Shown in pieces: positions 41,379 through 48,769 of a stretch of 48,769 bases of DNA. Within the stretch, counting starts at the first letter, position 1. Each line of letters begins with the position of its first letter. Position numbers and translations under genes: made by a program. The notes beneath the pieces were generated by a model that saw only the letters and a list, made by a program, of their open reading frames with translations, ran no database searches and was not told where the DNA came from. Source of the stretch: Cladosporium halotolerans (Eukaryota); NCBI RefSeq assembly GCF_011745625.1, contig NW_027191501.1, positions 62,001 through 110,769 of the forward strand, given 5' to 3'.

Positions 41379-43169
41379 TCACTTCTTCGCAAACTGGTCC
41401 TCCGTAACACCCTTGCCCATGGCGCTCGTCGAGCTGACACCGCCACTGACCATCTTCAGCAGCTCGTCGGCGTAGTTCGCTCCCGACCACTTCTGGTGCG
41501 TGACGACCTCGACGCCCTGGTCCATCTCCGGCTCCTGCACGATCTCGCCGTACGCGCGCATGCCGCGCTGCGCGTACGCGCTCGCGAACGAGTTGCTGAT
41601 CAGGGCCGTGCTGTGCAGGCCCGCCAGCGTGATGAACTGCCAGCAGTACCCCATGGCCGCGAGGCGCTTGATGTACGTCTCCTGGTCTTCGGGCTTCATG
41701 GCGGCCTTCCAGTTGAAGGAGGGCGAGAGGTTGTAGGCGAGTCTGGCGGGAATCGTTAGCATGGTGTGTGAGTGGGCCGGTGGGCATCCGCGACTTACTT
41801 CTGCTCCGGCCAGACAGCGTGCACGCCGTCGGCGAACTCCTTCGCCTGGTTGAAGTCGGGCAGCTTGCTCTCCATCCAGATGAGGTCTGCGTACGGCCCG
41901 TAGGCGATGGCGCGGTTGATGGCGCACTGGCAGCCGCCGCGGTAGCGGTAGTAGCCCTCGCGCGTGCGCGGCGCGTCCCAGTCAAAGTGGACGTCGACGC
42001 CGGTGAGGCCCTTGGCGATCGCGCGGGCCTCCATGTTGCTCTTGCCCTTGGCGAGCTTGTTGAACTCGGCGATCATGCCGGGCTTGTCGACGTGCACGCC
42101 CGCGTTGATGGTGTCCTCCACGGCCTCGTGGAAAAGCTTGAGGCCGGCCTGCTCGTTCCATGCGTCTTCGACCGCCTGCAGCTCCGCGCCGGTCTTGCCG
42201 GCTTGCTCGGCGTGCAGCATCAGGTCGTTGAGCGGCTGGATGGCGGCATTGGTGCAGCCGAGGACGTAGTCGTGGTCGCGAGGGTCAATGGTGCTGGTGA
42301 TGAGGGTTGCGGCTTCGGAGTCGGTACGAGCGATCGCGAGGAGGTCGGTGCCTGTGAGTAATACCTTGTTAGTATTGCTGCTGCTCAAATGCTGCGAGTT
42401 TCGTCGCACATACCCATGATATCGGCCTGCGCGCGAATGGCCACGAGACGGTTGATGTGCTCGCTGATAGGGACCAAGACCTTGCCAGCCATGTGTCCAC
42501 ACTTCTTCGTACCAGGCGCCTGGTCCTCAATGTGAATGCCAGCCGCGCCCTTCTCAACGAACAGCTTCGTCAGCTTCATAACGGCAGTGAGACCGCCATG
42601 TCCAGTGTCAGCATCCGCGATGAGAGGCCTGAGAAAGTCGATGTTGGGTGCTTTCGACTTGTCGGGGGAGCTAAGACGCTCTTCGCGCTGCTTGCGGTCG
42701 TGGAAGAGCTGGGCCATGAACAGGTGCTGGACCTTGTTGGGCACGGTTGTGTAGGGGTAGTCTGCAAGATCGGGACCAGGCTCGTCTGAAGAGGACGCGG
42801 TGGAGCTAGATTGCCAGCCAGAGACGTAGACAGTGTCCAAGTACTTGGCCATCTGGGTCACCATCACCGGGTCGAGACAGCCATAGGTGTAGCTAGCATC
42901 TCCGTTCTGTCACCGCTTGTAAGTAAGAGATGCGCAGTAAGAGCCAATGCAATAGGTGAACTCACGGCAAAGCGCTGCTCCAGGTTCTTCCACAGCTTCT
43001 TGGACATCGCATTGCTAGGGTACTGAATGGGCAAGTTGCCGCGCTTCTGTGCGATCTGCTCGGCCGTGAACGGCCTGCGAGTGTACCTCCATCTTGAGTC
43101 GGTCCACCATTCTTTGATCTGCTTCACCTCCTCCTGGTAGTACTGATCTTCGGCGTCCGAGGCACCCAT
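41379..43169 (-). CDS. ICL1: Isocitrate lyase; introns 42907-42965, 42352-42413, 41743-41798
   Basis: [55 protein letters not shown] (ICL-type FIT rather than methylisocitrate-lyase LIS), GVTEDQF. Confidence 0.96.
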
Positions 43170-44085
43170 GTTGGCTATCGACGACGGTATTACAGACGAA
43201 ACGGCTGCTACCACTTGTTTCAATCGGTCTGCCAGTTTGACTTCTGAGCAGACAGCAGTGTGATGATTTGTTAAATGGAAACCCAAATGGATTGATTATA
43301 GGCAAGAATGATGAGAGAGTAGGGAAGGGATGGATTAAGATGTACAGAAAGTACTAAAGTGCCAAATGCCAATACCGTTTCAAACGTCACCTATGACCGA
43401 GGCAACTTGGCTCACCTCTTATACCGAGCAAAGACAGGCCTGTGGAAGGGTCAGACATGAGCTACGCTCGCTCCTCGTTCCTATCGTCCGATCACTGCCG
43501 AGCCACGGCCAGAGCCCCGAGCCAAAGAGAAAGCATCGAGGCAACAGTCATGCGGCGGGTGCCGCTTTCGAGCCGCACAGGATGGGCGCTGGCCGCGAAC
43601 GACGTGAGCGTTTTCGTCGCTCGCCCGAGGAAGCTTGCTTCACGGTCGAGTGTAAAGCCTCGGGTGAGCGGACGGTCGTGACTGGGGGAGAAGGGGTCAA
43701 GGGCTCGAGTCTGACGCGTGAGGTCACCAGCTCGGCAGGAATCCGGGGCGCCGCCTTCGCTCCCGTTGGCTCGGCTTGTGCACCCCACACTCGCAGCGAG
43801 CGCTCTGGCCTCGCACGCCTCGGCATCTGGCCGGGGGGGCATGTGAAGGCTGCGAGACGGTGGCACGACTGCTCTGGCACGTGCTGCCGGGAAATTATCG
43901 AGCCCAAATATTCTTCAAGTGTGTGCATGTATGCGATGGCAATCCAGATGAGTGACTCACCCTATAAACAATATTCGGTGATAGTTCGTAAAGCCCAATG
44001 CCCCAAACGCCACGCTATGCCAGCATGTTCTCGTCAAGGCGAAACCAACAGTGTGTCGACGAAGAGCTCATAAGCCATCGCTTTC

Positions 44086-46016
44086 CTACACCTTCTTCTC
44101 CTTCACACCCTTCTCAAGATCGACCTCCACCGCCTTCTCCTCCTCCACCTCCTCCGCAACAGCAGCCCCCGTCTCCATCCCAGCCCCAGCCTCCGCCTCA
44201 ACCCCCAGCCTGGCCGCAGCCTTCTCCGCCGCACGCGCCCGCTTGTTCTCCATCTTCGTCTTATCCTCCTGCATCGACCTGATGAGCCCGCTCTTCTGCC
44301 GAATCTTATACCCATAGCGGTAGAAAATCAGCGGAATCGGAATGCAGACCGCCTCCAGCAACCCCAGCAGCGTGCCCGCCCAGTGCGGGCCCAGCGCCTC
44401 GTACATCGACGGGCCCGCGAGCGGCAGCGTCGCGCCCAGGATGCTGCGCAGCACAGCGTTGCCCGCCAGCGCGCTGGCGGCGTAGATCCCGTACGAGTGC
44501 ACGAGGTAGTTGGATCCGTAGATGAAGATGGTGCAGTTGCCCGCGCCGAACGGCACGCCCGCCAGGATCGGCAGGATCCAGTGGTACTCGGGCGTGCCGG
44601 TCCAGGAGAACCAGATCTGCCCGATGGGGAGCAACACGGCGCCGATGCAGATGATGCTGACGCCTGCTTCGGGCGGCGGGCGGCCGGTCTCCGGGTCGGG
44701 TTTGTGCGCGTTGATGAGCTTGCGGATGAGCGGTTCGGCGGCGATGATGATTAGGCTGCCGACGCCGATGCCGACGAAGGCGAGGCCGCCGATGCCCGGG
44801 CTCCAGCCGCGCATGTCGTTGAAGATGATGGGGTAGGCGACGAAGCAGAGGTAGAGGATGCCGTAGACGAGCGCAATGTAGAGGTCCCAGAAGATGAGGA
44901 TGGGCTCCGTGAAGGTCATCCAGAAGGGGCGGGAGAGGTTGATTTTGAGAAGGGGCAGGAAGGATTGCTTGTCGTCGTATCGGCTCCAGTATCTTTCGTC
45001 GCCTGATTCTTTTCTGCGTTTCGCTGCTCGTGCGCGGAGGATGGCCGGGGCGTATGTCTCCGGGATGAACATGATTGCTATCCAGGCAGCGCCACTGACG
45101 ATCACCACAACCCAGTTTGTCCACCGCCAGCCCATGTACTGGAAGACAAATCCACCGACGACCGGTCCGATAACGGGTCCTAAACGATATCAGTACAGAT
45201 TTCGGAAGGGCTACACCTCTCGACTAATTAGTGACGCTTACCGTTCATCGGCCCAATACTCCAGATGGAGAATGCGAGCGCTCTATGCTCCTCGTCCGAA
45301 ATATCATTGACCGTACCTGGCGCATTGGAAATCATAGCCGCTGCGCAAAACGCACCAATAAACCGAAACACAAGAATCGTAGCGATATTCTTCGCCAGCG
45401 CGCAAGGCAAGACGAAAACCACAAACAGCCCAAGCGCAATAATATAAACTGGTCGTCGTCCATACATCTCAGACAAGGGAGCCAAGACGACACTCCCGCA
45501 GGCCATACCCAGCAGATACGTCGTGACGCCCAAGATGCCAGTATTCCTACTTATGCTCCAGTCGTCTATCAGGCCGGGGATCGCTGATGTGTATGATGTG
45601 GAGTAGAGCACTACGCAGGTCGTTGCGTACGACATGATCGCAATGATAAAGCCTTTGTACCATAGCGGCCATGTGAGGGGGTTGCCTTTTTCGTCCTCTT
45701 CGAAGTCGACTTCGAAAGCCGGATCGGTTGTCGCGTTGGTCGCTGTGCTCTTATTTGTTCGCGAGGGTGTGAGGTATGTGGGTATGATGCCGCCCACGGC
45801 GCTTGTGGAGGATGCTCTTGAAAGGTGGGGTGTGAGTGTCTTTTCGGGAAAGTCGCGATTGTATTGCTCATGGTCATGTTCGTGATCCGAGGCTGTGGAG
45901 ATGCTGTCGCGGGAACTGGATGTGCGTGATGAGGGCTCTTCGTATGACATTACGGAGTTGCGGTTCCCTCTTTGCTTTTGCGAACTCGCGCTTCCTGTGA
46001 CATTACTTCGTTCCAT
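44086..46016 (-). CDS. MFS DHA1-family drug:H+ antiporter; intron 45180-45241
   Basis: NPLTWPLWYK, APLSEMYGRRPVY, IGPMN|GPVIGPVVGGF, GWRW, PETYAPAIL, EPIL, YAASALAGN. The start codon (MERSN) is uncertain. Confidence 0.92.
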
Positions 46017-47073
46017 TTTCGCTGTCTTTCTCCAATGCCCCCCCTCAGTGGGAAAAAACTGTCTATGCAACGGACGTGGAGTCCCGTACCCTCGAGAGTG
46101 CGCGCCAGACACAAGATGAATGCGTCACTCAAAGTATGACTGCGGTGTTAAGGACGGACGTAACAATATATGCGCTGACGGAAGGTGCACGCCTCAAAAG
46201 GTAAGACGTCCCAGAATGAAAGTTATGCTGTGTATAGTCCTGAGGGGTTCAAGTAGAGACGCGAAATGCACCAACCATTGGGGATCGCTTGTAACTAAAG
46301 GAAAGGACAAGAGCTGACGCGGTAGCGAAACTGCCTATCAGCAAGATGTGGCAGAGCCCGAAGTACCTACCTTTTTGGATATGCATACGGCCGCCCGCCA
46401 GATCTCTCGGGTGGAGCCCTCATTCCCATCGCGAAAGACTCAGGTCGGCTTGCCGCTCGGCTAAGTACTTTTAAGTGCAAGAGCCGAGGGAAAAACTGCG
46501 GGAATCGACCGCTCGCACCACTTGGCGGCGGCCTCTCTTGCTCCGTGGGGCTCTCCACTCGCTTGTTGAGCCATGTGCTGCGACCTCGTTCAGCTGCACA
46601 CCGCTAACGATGCTTTCGCGCTCCCTTCTAGACCAGTATATCACTAGAGATGTTCGTGATCGCGTCAACAGAAGCAGTCACGCCTGGCGCAATGGTTTGC
46701 TTGGCGTGCCGTCTTACCCGTCATTCCGCTGTTCATGGGAGGATGATCACTTGCTTAGCTCGCGCCACGGCGTGGCTCGTGGTGTCTCTCGTGGCTTTGC
46801 TTAATTAAGCGCTGAGTGTTGATTCTCGTCGGATATGAAGCCCCACATGTTTCTGATTGATAGCAATTGCGATGAGTAACTCTGCGATGGATGGAATCGT
46901 GAAGCATAAGGTAGCTTCTGAGAATGATCTGATCTGATGTCAAGTTAAGCTTCGCGCGATCACCTTATGCACAATGCGTGCAAAGCGCGATGCATTGCGG
47001 CCGTGACACGGTCAATGCGCGGCTTTCCAATGATCATGACAATGATGAAATATGCCTCAATTATTTCTGGGAC

Positions 47074-47889
47074 CTAGGAGTTACCTGCGTGGTTCCAAAT
47101 AGATACCATATCCGTCCCTTTGCCAACCTGATGTGTGCGTACTGGCGACCAGTGAGCGACTCGCACAAGACCAGCCTTCTCGTCGAGCGCGCGGCCATCA
47201 GGCGCAACATGACCATCATCTCCGTACTTCATCTCTTCACCAGGCTGCTTGAAAAGCTGCACATACAGCTCACTGCTCAGTCCATGCGGCGGCCCGCCTG
47301 CTTTCGGGGATTTGGCCAGAGGGAATTCGAGGCAGATCAGGCTTCCACCAGGTGCCAATAACTCGCTCATTCGCTTCGACCATCGTGGTCGCAACTCTGG
47401 AGGGATAGCGCATAGAAAGGTGTAATCGTATATCACATCGAAGCTGCCGCCGCCGGTAAGAGAGGACAAGTCATCCTGGAAGAAGTCTGCAAGAAGAAAG
47501 TTTCTCGAGCCTCGACCGATCTGAGCATCTTTGACAGGATACGTCGTGTCATCGTCGCCTTGGTGGATGTTCAGCTCTCGACAAGCGTCAATAGCTGTTT
47601 GCGAGACGTCCAGCCCGTACGCATCATAACCGTGGCTGGCCAACAACAAGACATCATACCCGCGACCGCAGCCAGGGACGAGAGCCTTCTTGCGGCGATT
47701 CGCATCTCCGCCTTCAGTAGACGAGCCGACGATGTCGCTTTTCTCGTTCAGTGCATCGATTAACGCAGGGTTCGGTTCAGAGCGATCCCAAGGTGTAACC
47801 TTTTGCTGCCACATTGCATCCCATCTTCCGGTGTGAGCTTCCGCCGGCTGGTTCTGGAAATGCTGACGAAGTTTCTCCCGGTCGTCCAT
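47074..47889 (-). CDS. TPMT-family thiol/halide SAM-dependent methyltransferase
   Basis: WDAMW..TPWDR..PNPAL, ALVPGCGRGYDV, YGLDVS, ADFF, FDVIYDYTFLCAIP, LICLEFP, GPPHGL, RTH. Confidence 0.92.
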   Translation of the reverse strand: MDDREKLRQHFQNQPAEAHTGRWDAMWQQKVTPWDRSEPNPALIDALNEKSDIVGSSTEGGDANRRKKALVPGCGRGYDVLLLASHGYDAYGLDVSQTAIDACRELNIHQGDDDTTYPVKDAQIGRGSRNFLLADFFQDDLSSLTGGGSFDVIYDYTFLCAIPPELRPRWSKRMSELLAPGGSLICLEFPLAKSPKAGGPPHGLSSELYVQLFKQPGEEMKYGDDGHVAPDGRALDEKAGLVRVAHWSPVRTHQVGKGTDMVSIWNHAGNS

Positions 47890-48548
47890 GTTGGGCTACA
47901 ATCTTCAGTCAGTGAGTCTTTGGCGCTATGCTATTTCATGTGCCTCTGTTGAGTCCCGGGCGCATGTATGAGCTTCTCTTCATGTATTGTGCAACCTTGC
48001 CGGCTTGGGAGTGACACCTCTTACTTTTAGATGAGCAGTCTGCACTTGCTATGTGTCTGTGGCTTCGCAGGGTATAGCGATTATGGCAATGCCGATCTAT
48101 ACACCTCAAGGGCGAAGATGAGTTGCGTTCGCCAAAGCAATGACGTGAGCGCGTCTAGTGTCACACCAAATTGTGGCGAGTCGGCTCCAAGGTCCGGCAA
48201 AGTTCGGCCAGAGCAAGTTTGAAAGCACACGGATGTTTCTCACAAAGGCTATGCAGCCAGATGACTCGACTCTATAACACACAACGATGTCAAGTGACAG
48301 CGTCCTCACAACTAGACACGACATTGGAACCTTATCGAGCCAAGGAGGCCAAGCTTCTCGTACGCCCTCCGCTTTTCCGAAAGTTTTCGAATTTCCCAGA
48401 ATGGCTTGGCTCTCATGGATTTTGAGAAATAATTGGGAGGCAGAAAGGCCCACGCAGGTGTCACTTGATGTTTGCTCAGACGACTGACCGCACTGTACAA
48501 CGGATTTTGCACTTGATCGTACTCGAGATACCTGACTTGTGTAATATT

Positions 48549-48769
48549 TCAGTCTGGATGGATATAGACATCATCCTTAAAGTGATTGCTTCCTCCCACC
48601 ATCTTGCACCTCTTCGCCAGCTCTTTGTAAGCGGCTCTGCAAACCTTGCCCTTCACAGTCTCGTCAAAGTCTTTACTTTGCCAAGTGCATCTGAGGAGAT
48701 TTTTTGCCCTCCGCACAGTAGCGGCCTGTGCATCCCTCACTTCATACACAAAGCTTGCTAGTTTCCTCT
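48549..48769 (-). CDS. Possible 3' end of a gene entering from beyond the window
   Basis: Frame RKLASFVYEVRDAQ...YIHPD* is open to the window edge; no motif recognised. Confidence 0.3.
   Translation of the reverse strand, partial: RKLASFVYEVRDAQAATVRRAKNLLRCTWQSKDFDETVKGKVCRAAYKELAKRCKMVGGSNHFKDDVYIHPD

Noticed and set aside
41360..41395. Cryptic PTS1 or readthrough on isocitrate lyase
   Set aside because: The C-terminus is AKK and readthrough adds only WGD; no SKL-like signal or TGA-CTA context.
24852..43169. Glycerol/C2 utilisation cluster (DAK-like, Stl1-like porter, ICL)
   Set aside because: The genes are 5-8 kb apart and separated by unrelated housekeeping genes; no evidence of clustering.
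1..48769. Transposons or RIP-mutated relics
   Set aside because: No transposase or RT motifs, terminal repeats or AT-rich RIP-like blocks were seen.

Overview
Gene-dense eukaryotic DNA from a filamentous ascomycete. Short GT-AG introns with CTRAC branch points, a dispersed 5S rRNA gene and Pezizomycotina-type proteins support this; a Dothideomycete origin is only inferred. About 17 recognisable protein genes are present: AKR1, thymidylate synthase, MSP1, RRP8, a BTB protein, a C2H2 + Fungal_trans transcription factor, an OsmC-family protein, a DAK-like protein, a BIR-like/F-box-like protein, MTR10, CHIP, a sugar porter, a CTI6-like PHD protein, isocitrate lyase, a DHA1 MFS pump and a thiol/halide methyltransferase. 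There are also two low-complexity orphan genes, two intron-containing tRNAs (Pro-CGG, Tyr-GTA) and one 5S rRNA. I saw no transposon or CRISPR array. The most unusual items are: (1) a cryptic array of seven degenerate ~119-bp tandem units at ~11.16-11.95 kb; (2) a protein fusing a divergent BIR-like zinc domain to an F-box-like region; (3) a DAK protein whose DhaK half has lost its catalytic motifs while DhaL is intact, divergently paired with an OsmC gene across CreA-type sites; (4) a 13-nt micro-exon followed by a GC-AG intron; (5) a strong in-frame Kozak ATG inside the long first intron of the PHD gene; (6) a 16-bp direct repeat bracketing the 5S gene. All gene models were spliced by hand and no database searches were run.
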